Positions 20,836 to 31,300 of a stretch of 64,000 nt of DNA are shown in pieces. How positions within the stretch are numbered: position 1 is the first letter of the stretch; each line of letters starts with the position of its first letter. The stretch lies in the NCBI GenBank assembly GCA_039798485.1, contig JBDKGB010000027.1:1240-65239 (forward strand), given 5' to 3'. Both the position numbers and the translations under genes were made by a program. This DNA comes from Bacteroidota bacterium (GTDB lineage Bacteria > Bacteroidota > Bacteroidia > Flavobacteriales_D > Crocinitomicaceae). The notes under the pieces were generated by a model, which saw only the letters and a program-made list of their open reading frames with translations, was not told the DNA's origin and ran no database searches.

Positions 20836-21045
20836 GCAAAAAAGGAGCACTTGATGTGCTCCTTTTTGTTACCTAACCTAAACCTAACTAAAACTACTGC
20901 TGTCTATGAAATCCGGGAACCACCCCGGTTGTTTTATGAATCAAAGATAGGTTCAGAATTTATGGTTGAACAGGAAAAAGGATTCGAATCAATATACTTT
21001 CAGTAGATGTTTCTAGTGCCACTACGTAGAACTACGTAGTGGCAA
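20836..21045 (-). repeat. Structured ~200 bp repeat element, copy A (candidate sRNA or leader; minus-sense end is an intrinsic terminator)
   Basis: Shares conserved blocks with copies B and C: a terminator hairpin (GGAGCAC-TTGAT-GTGCTCC flanked by A and T runs, 20838..20867), a CTAACCTAA/CTAAAACTACTGCT block, a GGGAACCACCCCG hairpin, TGTTTTATGA(A/T)TCAAAGATA, TACTTTCAGTA, and an ACTACGTAG palindrome. Confidence 0.6.
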
Positions 21046-21072
21046 GTATTCTAGGTGGTTTCAGCAGAAAAA

Positions 21073-22041
21073 TCAGAAGTTTGAAACAAGTTTTTTGGAA
21101 TGTTCATCCCATAGTTTTAGAGACAAACATCGACGGATTTCATTCAGTTTCAAGGAAGTCGTTTTGGGATGCTGCACTGCTGGAACATCGCGCATAACTT
21201 CAGGAAGACGATAAAATGGAATTCTTGCATTGAGGTGATGAATGTGGTGATAACCTATGTTCCCTGTGAACCAATGCATGATTCGATTGGTGTTCATATA
21301 ACTGGATGATTCCAAAGCGGCATCGATGTAATTCCAATGTGTGTCGGGCTTATAACTCGCACTTGGAAAATTGTGCTGGGCATAGAACAGATAAGCACCC
21401 AAACCACCAGAGATAAAATGTGGAATCAATGTAAAAAAGATACTTGTTGTCCAACCGAAATTGAGAAAAATCAAGGTATGTAAAGTGAAAAAAAAGGGCA
21501 ACGCGAAAATGGCCTCTCTGTTTTTTGATAAACTGACCAGCAAAGGATGGATGCACATGCCGATGAGAAACGAGAAGATGAAACCATTGAAGATGACAAG
21601 TGGATGACGAACAAACATGTACTGCCTCTTTTGTTTTTTAGAGAGTTCATTGAAACGTGCAATTGTGAACATTGGATACGATCCAATACCGGATTTAAAC
21701 AACTTTGAATTGTGGTCGTGGTGGTAGTTGTGAGATCGACGCCAAACAGTTTTTGGACACAATACATAATACCCGAAAACGGTAAAAAGAAAGTTTGCAG
21801 GTTTACTATCATTTAGGATTGCGTGATGCAAATAATCGTGGTAAATGACAAACATGCGCACAATGAGAAGTCCACAAAGTATGCTTAGCAGTAGTTGAAT
21901 TCCCCAAAATAGTTGGAGCGTCAAGATATATAAATTGGCAATAAACAATACAAATGTTGAGAGTGTAAGCCACCAACTTTTCAAGCGGTTTTCGTGCGCA
22001 TACTTCGCGGTAATGGCCAACAGATCTTCCGTCTTTTTCAT
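21073..22041 (-). CDS. Membrane fatty acid desaturase family protein
   Basis: Three histidine boxes: HDYLHH, HNYHHDH and HHIHHLN. Confidence 0.85.
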   Translation of the reverse strand: MKKTEDLLAITAKYAHENRLKSWWLTLSTFVLFIANLYILTLQLFWGIQLLLSILCGLLIVRMFVIYHDYLHHAILNDSKPANFLFTVFGYYVLCPKTVWRRSHNYHHDHNSKLFKSGIGSYPMFTIARFNELSKKQKRQYMFVRHPLVIFNGFIFSFLIGMCIHPLLVSLSKNREAIFALPFFFTLHTLIFLNFGWTTSIFFTLIPHFISGGLGAYLFYAQHNFPSASYKPDTHWNYIDAALESSSYMNTNRIMHWFTGNIGYHHIHHLNARIPFYRLPEVMRDVPAVQHPKTTSLKLNEIRRCLSLKLWDEHSKKLVSNF

Positions 22042-23123
22042 AGTGTGGAATACGCGCGTTTTGAGTTATTTCTAAGCAAGCGGAAATGCGAAATCACAGC
22101 CGAAATCAGGTACTTTTCACTTCGATATGGATAATTGTATTTCTTCGATATTTCCACCAAAATCTTCGTCAAAGCAGGATAATGAATGTGGCATATGTGT
22201 GGACACAAATGATGGATAACATGGAAATTAAAGCCTCCAAAAAGCGTAATGATCAAGGGATTCGATTTTCCAAAATCTGATGCCGTGAGCACTTGGTGAT
22301 AGGACCAGCTATGAGGCAAGACGTTCTCAGCATTCGGCTCTGGAAATTGTGCATCTTCACCAACATGTGTACTTAACAAGACAAAGGTGATGAACAAGCT
22401 ACCCACCACGGTGAGAAGGAAAAATGCGGAAAAGGCAAAAAGCCAACTTACTTGCAGCACCAATACTGGTAGCACAATCATCTGAACGAGATAAAACAAC
22501 TTAAAAATCACCATCTTCACGACCTCCTTCCTAGGATAGTTGCGATTGTCAAATACACCTATTCGTTTCGAAACAGCATCTTTAAAATCTCGATAAATGA
22601 CCCATCTAAAAATGTAAAGCATATACACCAATGGCATATACAGGTGTTGAAATCGGTGATATGCACGATGCTTATCTTTAGGGAAAATTTTAACAACACT
22701 AGTCTGCTGAATATCAGAATCATAATCCATGATGTTGGGAAACACATGGTGCGCGCCTAAATGCCGATTGACCCAGTTGAATGAATTTGTTCCAAGAAGG
22801 TCAAACACCAATAAAAGTCTTTGATTGTCTTTTCGACGTTTGAAAATGGCATTGTGAGCGGCATCATGCCCAATATTAAGTCCCAGAAAAACGGACCATG
22901 CCCCAAGGAAAGCATAGATCAAATAGAGATAAAAGTGATTTCCCCCAACGAAATAAATGCACAGATAGCCAAAAATGTAAATTAGCGCCATCAACACAAG
23001 TTTGATTTTCATCGCATGATTGGCGTAATAGGTTAGATTGTTGGATTTGAAATAATCATCTATCCGCTCTTTTAATTCGTTTAAGAAGTTCGAATTCTCT
23101 GGGGAGAAGGCTAGTTTTTCCAT
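22038..23123 (-). CDS. Membrane fatty acid desaturase family protein (second, front-end-like)
   Basis: Histidine boxes HDAAHN, HLGAHH and HVIHHLCPH. Its stop overlaps the downstream desaturase start by 4 nt. Confidence 0.85.
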   Translation of the reverse strand: MEKLAFSPENSNFLNELKERIDDYFKSNNLTYYANHAMKIKLVLMALIYIFGYLCIYFVGGNHFYLYLIYAFLGAWSVFLGLNIGHDAAHNAIFKRRKDNQRLLLVFDLLGTNSFNWVNRHLGAHHVFPNIMDYDSDIQQTSVVKIFPKDKHRAYHRFQHLYMPLVYMLYIFRWVIYRDFKDAVSKRIGVFDNRNYPRKEVVKMVIFKLFYLVQMIVLPVLVLQVSWLFAFSAFFLLTVVGSLFITFVLLSTHVGEDAQFPEPNAENVLPHSWSYHQVLTASDFGKSNPLIITLFGGFNFHVIHHLCPHICHIHYPALTKILVEISKKYNYPYRSEKYLISAVISHFRLLRNNSKRAYSTL

Positions 23124-23722
23124 TATACTGCGTTGCTATTTGAATTCGGTTCACGCTTGAAAAACCAAACAGTTAAATCGGTATATGGATGTTTCATTTC
23201 AGCATATTCAACATATCCACTCGTCTGGTACAATTTGCGAACGCGAGGGACGGTCGTTTCAATGAAAATGCACAAATTGCTTTGGTCACTTGTTTGAAAC
23301 ATTTTGTGTTTGATTTCAAATGCTGTTTTCGCAGTTCGTTGGTTCTTGTCTGTCGCAACAAGCAATCCTAACCAGCCATTTTCAGTGCGCAGAGCTGCAA
23401 CCTTTTTTTGGTATCGAATGGCTTTTACACCATTCCGAATTCCTGTGACAAACAACAAAACATAGAGTTTCAAAAAAAATAGCCGCAACGAAACTGCTTT
23501 TTGGCTCACCTGAAAAAATAACAAAGCCCCATTGCGATCTGAAGTAATGTACGCCCCCTGCTTTTCTTGAGACTCAAAAAAGAGAAGGCGAATGATCCAT
23601 TTTCGCTGTTTCAAGCTATCAGGATTCTTCACCATCCAATATACACCGAGCGATTCGACAAAAGCATCTTCCAAGATTTCAATTGCTCGTGTTTCGTCTT
23701 CCCGTGTTTGAACTACTTTCAT
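23123..23722 (-). CDS. GNAT-like N-acetyltransferase (putative)
   Basis: 199 aa with a GNAT-like C-terminal pattern (IFIETTVPRVRKLYQTSGYVEYAEM). Overlaps the next gene by 1 nt, which suggests an operon. Confidence 0.5.
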   Translation of the reverse strand: MKVVQTREDETRAIEILEDAFVESLGVYWMVKNPDSLKQRKWIIRLLFFESQEKQGAYITSDRNGALLFFQVSQKAVSLRLFFLKLYVLLFVTGIRNGVKAIRYQKKVAALRTENGWLGLLVATDKNQRTAKTAFEIKHKMFQTSDQSNLCIFIETTVPRVRKLYQTSGYVEYAEMKHPYTDLTVWFFKREPNSNSNAV

Positions 23723-23821
23723 TACAGTATTTTAAGCAGTCAAAAATGAGCTATTTTTTGCGTTTCACATTACTGATTTCCACCAACACAAAAACTTCAC
23801 TTGCGAATTCCGCAACTAAAA

Positions 23822-24022
23822 ACAAAAAAGGAGCACTCGTTTGCGCTCCTTTTTTACTACCTAACCTAACTAACTAAAACTACTGCTATGAAAAACGGGA
23901 ACCACCCCGTTGTTTTATGATTCAAAGATAGGGTGAGATCTGCGGGGTCGGTCATTGTATTGCCACTGGGCAATGTACTTTCAGTACTCCCCGGTAGTTG
24001 AACTACGTAGTTCTACTTAGTT
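23822..24022 (-). repeat. Structured ~200 bp repeat element, copy B
   Basis: Same block order as copy A. Terminator hairpin at 23824..23856, and 100 nt upstream (minus sense) of the GNAT start. Confidence 0.6.
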
Positions 24023-24135
24023 CACTAATCCTTTCATTAAATGAAGAAAATGAGGCAAGTTTGCCTTCCATCATCTCGATGTCAAATTCCTGATCTTAGC
24101 ATTTAAAATAGCATCTGAAGACTCAATTGCACAAA

Positions 24136-24340
24136 CTAAAAAAGGAGCACTCGTTTGCGCTCCTTTTTTACTACCTAAACCTAACTAAAACTAAACTACT
24201 GCTATGAAAAACGGGAACCACCCCGTCTGTTTTATGATTCAAAGATACGGTGAGGTCTGAGCATGCAATCCTATTTATGCATCAACGTCATGTACTTTCA
24301 GTACTCACCTGTAGGAGAACTACGTAGTTCTACCTAGTAG
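24136..24340 (-). repeat. Structured ~200 bp repeat element, copy C (tandem with B)
   Basis: Same block order. Terminator hairpin at 24138..24170. The element begins just after the phnA terminator. Confidence 0.6.
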
Positions 24341-24352
24341 ATGTTATTCAGC

Positions 24353-24388
24353 AAAAAAAAGAAGCGATAAAATCTCTTTTACCGCTTC
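24353..24388 (-). terminator. Rho-independent terminator of phnA
   Basis: The minus strand reads GAAGCG-(16 nt loop)-CGCTTC followed by T8, 57 nt after the phnA stop. Confidence 0.55.
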
Positions 24389-24444
24389 ACGTATACTTCA
24401 TTATTTTCTTCCGAGAAAATGCAATTTCACACTAATTTCATGGA

Positions 24445-25014
24445 TTACTTTTTCACATACTGTGTTAAGATCACGATACCCTGTCCATTGATTTTTCCTT
24501 CAATTTGCTCAGGATTGTCTTGTACCAAACGAATGTTACGTACGGACGTTCCACGTTTTGCCGTAAACCCAGCTCCTTTTACTTCAAGGTCCTTGATCAA
24601 TACAATCGTATCACCATTCTCTAAAATGGTTCCATTGCTATCTACATGATGCACAGCTGCTTCAACTTCACGGTGATCACCAGATGCTTGAGCCCAAGTC
24701 AAGGTCTCGTCATCCATGTACATCATGTCAATTAAATCTTGTGACCAACCTTCAGACTTAATGCGGTGAAGCATTCGCCAAGAAATTACTTGAACCGCTG
24801 GTACTTCGCTCCACATGCTCTCTGTTAAACAGCGCCAATGGTTTGAATCCATCGTATTTTGTGTTATCTGCTCAACACACGTCGAACAGGCATGCACGTG
24901 CTGATCTGGATTTGTACTATTACCCGGTTCTACAAGAAAAGCTATCAAGCCATCCGTGCCACCGCACAATTCACAAATCCCATTGCTGCGCGAACGCAAT
25001 TGCTCCTCTACCAT
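24445..25014 (-). CDS. phnA: PhnA family zinc-ribbon protein
   Basis: N-terminal CELCGG...CSTC zinc ribbon and the conserved C-terminal domain DSNGTILENGDTIVLIKDLEVKG...IRLV...IEGKI. Confidence 0.85.
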   Translation of the reverse strand: MVEEQLRSRSNGICELCGGTDGLIAFLVEPGNSTNPDQHVHACSTCVEQITQNTMDSNHWRCLTESMWSEVPAVQVISWRMLHRIKSEGWSQDLIDMMYMDDETLTWAQASGDHREVEAAVHHVDSNGTILENGDTIVLIKDLEVKGAGFTAKRGTSVRNIRLVQDNPEQIEGKINGQGIVILTQYVKK

Positions 25015-25016
25015 GC

Positions 25017-25535
25017 TTATTTTTTCAATTGATTGTCCAAGGCCATGTGGAGTCCGAGTCCACGAAGTTCTTGACCTTGAGCGATGATTGTCCCATCTCC
25101 ATCCACCAAGAATGCGGAAGGAATAGAATATACTTTATACAAGGTTGCAACAACATTGTCTTTGTCCCAACCGTGGTATTTCCATGTTAACTTATCCTGA
25201 GCAATCGCTGACTTCCATGCGTCTTCATTTCGGTCTAATGAAATGCTAAACACCTCAAAACCTTTGGCATTTTTAAACTTAGCCGATTTGTATTTTGCAT
25301 ACGCCTCAACCACATTTGGATTCTCTTTGCGACAAGGTCCGCACCAAGATGCCCAGAAGTCAATCAAGACCATTTTACCTTTCAACTTTGATAACTGAAC
25401 TGTTTTTCCCGCTGGCGTAACCAAGGTAATGTCTGGTGCTTTTTCTGCTGGCATGGCTTGATTTTCATCCTTAGTAGGTGAAAACAGCGAAAGTGAAAGC
25501 GCGCCTACGGCGATAAAAATGACTAAATATTTCAT
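25017..25535 (-). CDS. TlpA/redoxin family thiol-disulfide oxidoreductase (secreted)
   Basis: Signal peptide plus the FWASWCGPC thioredoxin-fold active site. Confidence 0.85.
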   Translation of the reverse strand: MKYLVIFIAVGALSLSLFSPTKDENQAMPAEKAPDITLVTPAGKTVQLSKLKGKMVLIDFWASWCGPCRKENPNVVEAYAKYKSAKFKNAKGFEVFSISLDRNEDAWKSAIAQDKLTWKYHGWDKDNVVATLYKVYSIPSAFLVDGDGTIIAQGQELRGLGLHMALDNQLKK

Positions 25536-26842
25536 TATCCTATTCTTCTAATGTCAGCACCTATGTTATTCAAGCGAAGTTCGATATCCTGATATCCTCG
25601 GTCAATTTGTTCGATATTGTGGATGACACTTTTTCCTTCAGCAGACAAAGCGGCGATGAGCAAAGAAACTCCTGCACGAATATCTGGTGAAGTCATTTGA
25701 ATACCTCTCAAATCGTATTGGCGGTCCAAGCCGATGACTGTGGCGCGATGGGGATCACACAAAATGATTTGAGCTCCCATATCAATCAACTTATCTACAA
25801 AGAACAGTCGTGATTCAAACATCTTTTGATGAATAAGCACAGAACCTTTTGCCTGAGTTGCAACAACTAGAACAATGGACAACAGATCGGGTGTAAATCC
25901 TGGCCACGGCGCATCTGCAATTGTCAAGATTGACCCATCGATGAAGGTATCAATTTCATAATGCTCTTGAGCGGGAATAAAGATATCATCACCACGACGC
26001 TCGATTTTAATCCCCAATCTTCTAAAAACATTTGGAATTACACCTAGATTGTCATAGCTGACATCCTTAATGGTGATCTCCGATTTTGTCATTGCTGCCA
26101 ATCCTATGAAACTCCCAATTTCTATCATGTCTGGAAGAATTCGATGGAAGCAACCGTTGAGTTCCTTCACCCCCTCAATCGTCAAAAGGTTTGACCCAAT
26201 ACCGGAAATTTTTGCCCCCATAGCATTGAGCATCTTACACAACTGCTGCAAATAAGGTTCACAAGCGGCATTGTAAAATGTCGTTGTTCCTTCTGCCATC
26301 ACAGCAGCCATTAAGATGTTTGCAGTGCCCGTTACAGAAGCTTCATCAAGGTGAATGTATGTTCCTTTAAGCTTTTTCGCTTCAACAGAATAGAAGTGTT
26401 CTCCTGCATCGTAGTTGAATTTTGCGCCCAACACCGCAAACCCTTCAAAGTGCGTGTCTAAGCGACGTCGTCCAATTTTGTCTCCACCAGGTTTCGGGAT
26501 AAATCCCTTTCCGAAGCGAGCAAGGAGTGGTCCGACAATCATGATTGAACCGCGCAAAGAACCTGCACGTTTTTTAAAATCTTCTGATTCAAGGTATTTC
26601 AAGTCAATGTCCTTGGCTTGGAAAATAAATGTTCCCTTTTCCACCTTTTCTACACGCACACCCATGGTCTGCAAAAGGTTGATCAGTTTGTTCACATCGA
26701 CAATGTCTGGGACATTCGAAATCGTAACTTTTTCTGCAGTCAAAAGCGGTGCACAAAGAACTTGTAGGGCTTCATTTTTTGCGCCTTGAGGGATGATTTC
26801 TCCTTTCAATGGCTTTCCACCGTAGATCTCAAAAGATGCCAT
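25535..26842 (-). CDS. murA: UDP-N-acetylglucosamine 1-carboxyvinyltransferase
   Basis: 435 aa with GAKNEALQVL, KPGGDKIGRRRLDTH and a MurA-typical C-terminus. Confidence 0.95.
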   Translation of the reverse strand: MASFEIYGGKPLKGEIIPQGAKNEALQVLCAPLLTAEKVTISNVPDIVDVNKLINLLQTMGVRVEKVEKGTFIFQAKDIDLKYLESEDFKKRAGSLRGSIMIVGPLLARFGKGFIPKPGGDKIGRRRLDTHFEGFAVLGAKFNYDAGEHFYSVEAKKLKGTYIHLDEASVTGTANILMAAVMAEGTTTFYNAACEPYLQQLCKMLNAMGAKISGIGSNLLTIEGVKELNGCFHRILPDMIEIGSFIGLAAMTKSEITIKDVSYDNLGVIPNVFRRLGIKIERRGDDIFIPAQEHYEIDTFIDGSILTIADAPWPGFTPDLLSIVLVVATQAKGSVLIHQKMFESRLFFVDKLIDMGAQIILCDPHRATVIGLDRQYDLRGIQMTSPDIRAGVSLLIAALSAEGKSVIHNIEQIDRGYQDIELRLNNIGADIRRIG

Positions 26843-26848
26843 GGATAT

Positions 26849-27490
26849 TTATTTTTTGATGAATTTCTTCTTGTTGTTATTGTTGTTGTTCTTCTTGAAA
26901 TTTCCTTTCGGACGTTGCTTTTGGTTTAAGCCCATGGAACGAAGAATTGTATTTGTATTGGTCAATTCATCTGGGTTTTCAAGAATCAATTTTCCTTTAG
27001 AAAGTTCTTTCAACTGTTGCGCGATCACATGATTTTCCACAGCATCGTTGTTGTAAGCGAGGAACTGCTTTTTCATGAAATTCGCCATGGTGTTCTTCAA
27101 GTACTCCGTTTCCTTTTCGTCCGTAAGCTCTTCCGATTTTTCTAAGATGCGCTGCGTATACTTCCCGTAATGTCCGAAACGAATTGATCCTTTTGGATAA
27201 TCCATGATCGAAGGTTTCTCATTGAGTACCTCTTGTTTTGGAATCTCGTAGGGAGAATCTACATCAAGGGTAAAATCAGACATCACAAAAAGGTGTGTCC
27301 AAAGCTTGTGGCGGAAATCGTCGACATCGCGCAAATGAGGATTGAGCTGACCCATAACTTCAATGATGGCTTGAGCCGCTCTGTTGCGTTCGGTGCGATC
27401 AGCGATTTCCATGGCATGCGCAATCATATTTTGCACATTGCGACCGTACTCTGGTAAAATCAGTTTCCCACGTGTTGTGTTGTATTCCAT
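26849..27490 (-). CDS. DUF4290 domain protein with Asn/Lys-rich tail
   Basis: MEYNTTRGKLILPEYGRNVQNMI... is the conserved N-terminus of the protein usually found upstream of murA in Bacteroidota. I trimmed the start to the ATG at 27490. Confidence 0.7.
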   Translation of the reverse strand: MEYNTTRGKLILPEYGRNVQNMIAHAMEIADRTERNRAAQAIIEVMGQLNPHLRDVDDFRHKLWTHLFVMSDFTLDVDSPYEIPKQEVLNEKPSIMDYPKGSIRFGHYGKYTQRILEKSEELTDEKETEYLKNTMANFMKKQFLAYNNDAVENHVIAQQLKELSKGKLILENPDELTNTNTILRSMGLNQKQRPKGNFKKNNNNNNKKKFIKK

Positions 27491-27525
27491 GAATGTTCTC
27501 TCCTTTTTGAGTAGCACCTACTCTT

Positions 27526-29781
27526 TTAATTTTCTAGCTGTTTTGCTAATGCGTTGTCGTACACTTCTTTTGCTTCAGTGATGAAGCCGAAATGTTCGTC
27601 GTCAATCATCAATTTACCTTTGGTCACATGCCCTAGCAAGGTGCAAGTTACGCCAGAATCCATGATGAATTCAATAAATTGCTCTTCTTGTTCTTCGGTC
27701 ACTGTAACAACAGCTCTACCTTGTCCTTCACCGAACAAAAATGCATCTTCACGAGAACCTGATTCGTCACGTACCTCTGAGTCTGTAACGATATCGAACC
27801 CAAGTTCGCGTGGCATCGACATTTCGGTTAACGCAACAAACAAACCACCATCAGAAACATCGTGTGCAGCATTGATCAATTCGTTTTGAATCAATCCTTT
27901 GATTGTTTGGTGCATCAAATATTCTTTTTCAAGATCGAAATAAGGTGCTGGTGATGCTTTCACGCCATGGTATGTTGCCAAATATTCAGATGAAGCAATG
28001 TCAGCAGTGTACTCGCCGATCAAGAAAATCAAATCTCCCTTTTGTTTGAAGTCCAAGGTCATGATACGGTCTTTATCTTCAACGATTCCAATCATACCGA
28101 TTGTCGGCGTTGGAAACACCGGCACCTCTACCCCATTGGTTACAGTCTGATTGTAGAAGGATACGTTCCCACCAGTCACTGGCGTGTTGAATTTTATGCA
28201 CGCTGCAGACATTCCTTTGATTGCGCCCACAAACTGCCAGTAGGATTCTGGATTGTACGGATTCCCAAAATTCAAGCAATTCGTAATTGCACTTGGTTCA
28301 CCTCCTGCACACGTAATGTTACGTGCCGCTTCAGCAACTGCGATCATTGTTCCAATTTCAGGATCTGCATTGACGTAGCGTGAATTGCAATCCACAGTCA
28401 TTGCCAGAGCCTTGTTTGTTCCTTTGATGTTTACTACACCAGCATCTGACGGACGATTTGTTGTCATCGTGCGCGTTCCAACCATGGAGTCATATTGTTG
28501 ATAGATCCATCGTTTTGATGCGATATTCGGCATGCCCAAAAGGGCATAAGCCACAGCTTTCAAGTCTGCAGGCTTTTCTACTTGATCAATCGAAAACTTT
28601 TTGTATTCAGCGTAATATGCTGGTTCAGTGTAATCTCTTTTGTATTGAGGAGCGCCCCCGCCAAGCACCAACGATTCAGCTGGAACATCGCCAACCAGTT
28701 CACCGTGCATGAAGTAGCGAACACGTCCACCTTCGGTAACAACGCCTATTTCTTCAGCGTGCAAATCCCACTTATCAAAAATTTGCTTTACCAATGACTC
28801 TTGTCCTTTTGCCACAACAACAAGCATACGCTCTTGCGACTCGGACAACAGGATTTCATAAGGAAGCATGTTCTCTTGTCGTGTAGGAACACGATCAAGA
28901 TGAATGTCCATACCAACACCTCCGCCGGCAGACATTTCACAGGTAGAGCAAGTAATTCCTGCAGCACCCATGTCTTGCATACCACGTATAGCGTCTGTTT
29001 TTGCCAATTCCATCGTCGCTTCAAGCAGCAATTTTTCCATGAATGGATCCCCAACTTGGACCGATGGAAGGTCATTTGCTGAATCTTCAGTAATGTCTTT
29101 TGATGCAAATGCCGCCCCCGCAATACCGTCTTTACCTGTGGACGAACCTACAATAAAAACAGGATTTCCTGGGCCTGTTGCCTTCGCTGAAATGATGCGT
29201 TTTGTATCAATAATTCCAGCAGAGAATGCATTTACCAATGGGTTTGTGTTGTAGGAGTCATCAAAAAACACTTCACCACCAACGATTGGAATACCGAAGG
29301 CATTTCCATAATCACCAATTCCCTTCGTAACCCCTTTCACCAACCATTTCGTTCTCGCGTTTTCAATATTTCCAAAACGCAGTGAATTCAATTGAGCGAT
29401 TGGACGGGCACCCATTGTAAAAATATCGCGGTTGATCCCCCCAACACCTGTTGCAGCACCTTGATACGGCTCCAATGCACTTGGGTGATTGTGCGATTCA
29501 ATTTTAAATACACATCCCAAACCATCACCGATATCTACAAGTCCAGCATTTTCTTCACCTGCCTTTACAAGCATGTGAGGGCCATCTTTTGGCAATGTTT
29601 TTAACCAAAGAATTGAATTCTTGTAAGAACAGTGCTCAGACCACATCACCGAATAAACGGCCGTTTCTGTAAAATTTGGTGTGCGACCAAGAATGTCACA
29701 AATCATTTCAAATTCGTCTGGGCGTAAACCTAAATCTACCGCCTGTTCTAAAGTTGCTGCCTGTTGAAGGGTACTTTCCAT
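27526..29781 (-). CDS. purL: Phosphoribosylformylglycinamidine synthase subunit PurL
   Basis: SEHCSYK, ESHNHPS and the tandem AIR-synthase-like domains. I trimmed the start to the ATG at 29781 (MESTLQQAA...). Confidence 0.9.
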   Translation of the reverse strand: MESTLQQAATLEQAVDLGLRPDEFEMICDILGRTPNFTETAVYSVMWSEHCSYKNSILWLKTLPKDGPHMLVKAGEENAGLVDIGDGLGCVFKIESHNHPSALEPYQGAATGVGGINRDIFTMGARPIAQLNSLRFGNIENARTKWLVKGVTKGIGDYGNAFGIPIVGGEVFFDDSYNTNPLVNAFSAGIIDTKRIISAKATGPGNPVFIVGSSTGKDGIAGAAFASKDITEDSANDLPSVQVGDPFMEKLLLEATMELAKTDAIRGMQDMGAAGITCSTCEMSAGGGVGMDIHLDRVPTRQENMLPYEILLSESQERMLVVVAKGQESLVKQIFDKWDLHAEEIGVVTEGGRVRYFMHGELVGDVPAESLVLGGGAPQYKRDYTEPAYYAEYKKFSIDQVEKPADLKAVAYALLGMPNIASKRWIYQQYDSMVGTRTMTTNRPSDAGVVNIKGTNKALAMTVDCNSRYVNADPEIGTMIAVAEAARNITCAGGEPSAITNCLNFGNPYNPESYWQFVGAIKGMSAACIKFNTPVTGGNVSFYNQTVTNGVEVPVFPTPTIGMIGIVEDKDRIMTLDFKQKGDLIFLIGEYTADIASSEYLATYHGVKASPAPYFDLEKEYLMHQTIKGLIQNELINAAHDVSDGGLFVALTEMSMPRELGFDIVTDSEVRDESGSREDAFLFGEGQGRAVVTVTEEQEEQFIEFIMDSGVTCTLLGHVTKGKLMIDDEHFGFITEAKEVYDNALAKQLEN

Positions 29782-29943
29782 AAAATCTTTTGTTGCACAA
29801 ATATAAATAAAATATTGGGGCGAATTCCCTATCAACATCCCTTCAAATCTGCACTTCCATTTTTGAGGCAAATTAAATTTGTTGGTTTAAAAATTTTTTT
29901 TTTATCTTGTAAGCGCTAAAGCTACAACACCCAACCTACTGCC

Positions 29944-31281
29944 ATGCTTAAATTGTTTGATTTAAGGACCTTGTCGATACTCACGATATGTGCATCCTTC
30001 CATTGTCGTTCTCAAATTGTTACCTCGAGTAGTGCAACAATTCAAATCAATTCGGGCGCATTGGTTCACTGCAATGGTGGGATGGAATTGAATGGAACTT
30101 CCCAACTCGTTAACCAAGGAACACTCTATACCACTAAAAATTCAAGCTTTCCTCAAAACGGAAATTTTAGCATTAACGGCAGCTCATCAAGTGCTGGGAA
30201 TGGCAATTATTACATCGAGCAAGATTGGAAAAACAACGCCACATTCACCGGTGGTTCCAGCACCGTTCACTTGTATGGAAATACCGAGCAATTCATTACA
30301 AGCGACAATTTAACTGAAACCATTTTTAACGATCTCATTCTCTCAGGATTGGGCATCGGATCAGATAAAAGAAAGACACTACTTAACACCAATGCATCTT
30401 GCGGAAATCTTGGAAATTTAGTGATCAATAACCGAGAATTAGCGACTGAAGGAAACACGTTTAGTGTATTGAATCCTTCTCCATCTGCCATCTCCTATGA
30501 CAATACATTTTTGGCTGAAGGATTTGTGAGCAGTCTACTTTCGGGAGCACTTGTGCGACAAACAAATTCGACACAGAACTATGTTTTTCCTGTCGGATCA
30601 AGCAACGGTACAGAGCGCTTTAGAGCGGTAAACATTCAACCTGACGGAACCTCGTCCGGAGCATTTTCAGTGCGTTTCAACAATTACAATGCAGACTTGG
30701 ATGCGTATTTTTTAAGTCAACATGAAACCTTAATCGATAATTTGAATGCCCTCTTTTACCATTCTATTCAACGCGTTTCCGGAAATACAAATGCAACAGT
30801 TGGCGTTCAGTATCTTCCTACATCGGATGGCGATTGGAAAGGGCTTTCACATTGGTATCTTCCCAATCAACAATGGAACTCACTCGGTGATCTACCTCAA
30901 ATCAATACCGGTAACTACAGCGAGATTCTGCGCAGCGGATGGAACTTTCCAGATGCGTCAAATGAATACGTCCTTATAAACCCTGCTGACATCATTATCA
31001 TTCCCACCGCATTTACACCGGACGGTGATGGCGTGAATGAATCGTGGGAAATACCAAATTTGGACAAACAGTATCCAAAAAATGTGGTTCGCATCTATAA
31101 CCGATGGGGAAGCTTATTGTATGAGCACGATTCCTCAACAGATGGTGCCTACGCCACAAAACCATGGGATGGCACCGTTAAAGGTGACATCATGCCCGTT
31201 GGTTCTTACTACTACATCATCGATTTTAACAATTTAGACAATTCGTCTGTAAAAGGTATCGTGACCATTGTCAACGACTAA
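29944..31281 (+). CDS. Secreted protein with a T9SS type B (CHU_C, gliding-motility-associated) C-terminal sorting domain
   Basis: Signal peptide. The C-terminus reads [21 protein letters not shown]...[13 protein letters not shown]...PWDG...GSYYYIIDF. Confidence 0.8.
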   Translation: MLKLFDLRTLSILTICASFHCRSQIVTSSSATIQINSGALVHCNGGMELNGTSQLVNQGTLYTTKNSSFPQNGNFSINGSSSSAGNGNYYIEQDWKNNATFTGGSSTVHLYGNTEQFITSDNLTETIFNDLILSGLGIGSDKRKTLLNTNASCGNLGNLVINNRELATEGNTFSVLNPSPSAISYDNTFLAEGFVSSLLSGALVRQTNSTQNYVFPVGSSNGTERFRAVNIQPDGTSSGAFSVRFNNYNADLDAYFLSQHETLIDNLNALFYHSIQRVSGNTNATVGVQYLPTSDGDWKGLSHWYLPNQQWNSLGDLPQINTGNYSEILRSGWNFPDASNEYVLINPADIIIIPTAFTPDGDGVNESWEIPNLDKQYPKNVVRIYNRWGSLLYEHDSSTDGAYATKPWDGTVKGDIMPVGSYYYIIDFNNLDNSSVKGIVTIVND

Positions 31282-31300
31282 ATTCAACAGTTCAAAAATT

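Noticed and set aside
20552-21006. ORFs 20552..20827 and 20803..21006 in the dusB-desaturase intergenic region
   Set aside because: They run through the repeat and leader sequences. The equivalent frames are not preserved in repeat copies B and C, and the composition is low-complexity (K/R/Q/T runs).
23860-24260. Short peptide ORFs inside the ~200 bp repeat elements (for example MKNGNHPVVL on plus, MTDPADLTLSLNHKTTGWFPFFIAVVLVS on minus), considered as type I toxin candidates
   Set aside because: Indels between copies A, B and C shift the frame and change length and sequence. Conservation follows nucleotide hairpins, not codons.
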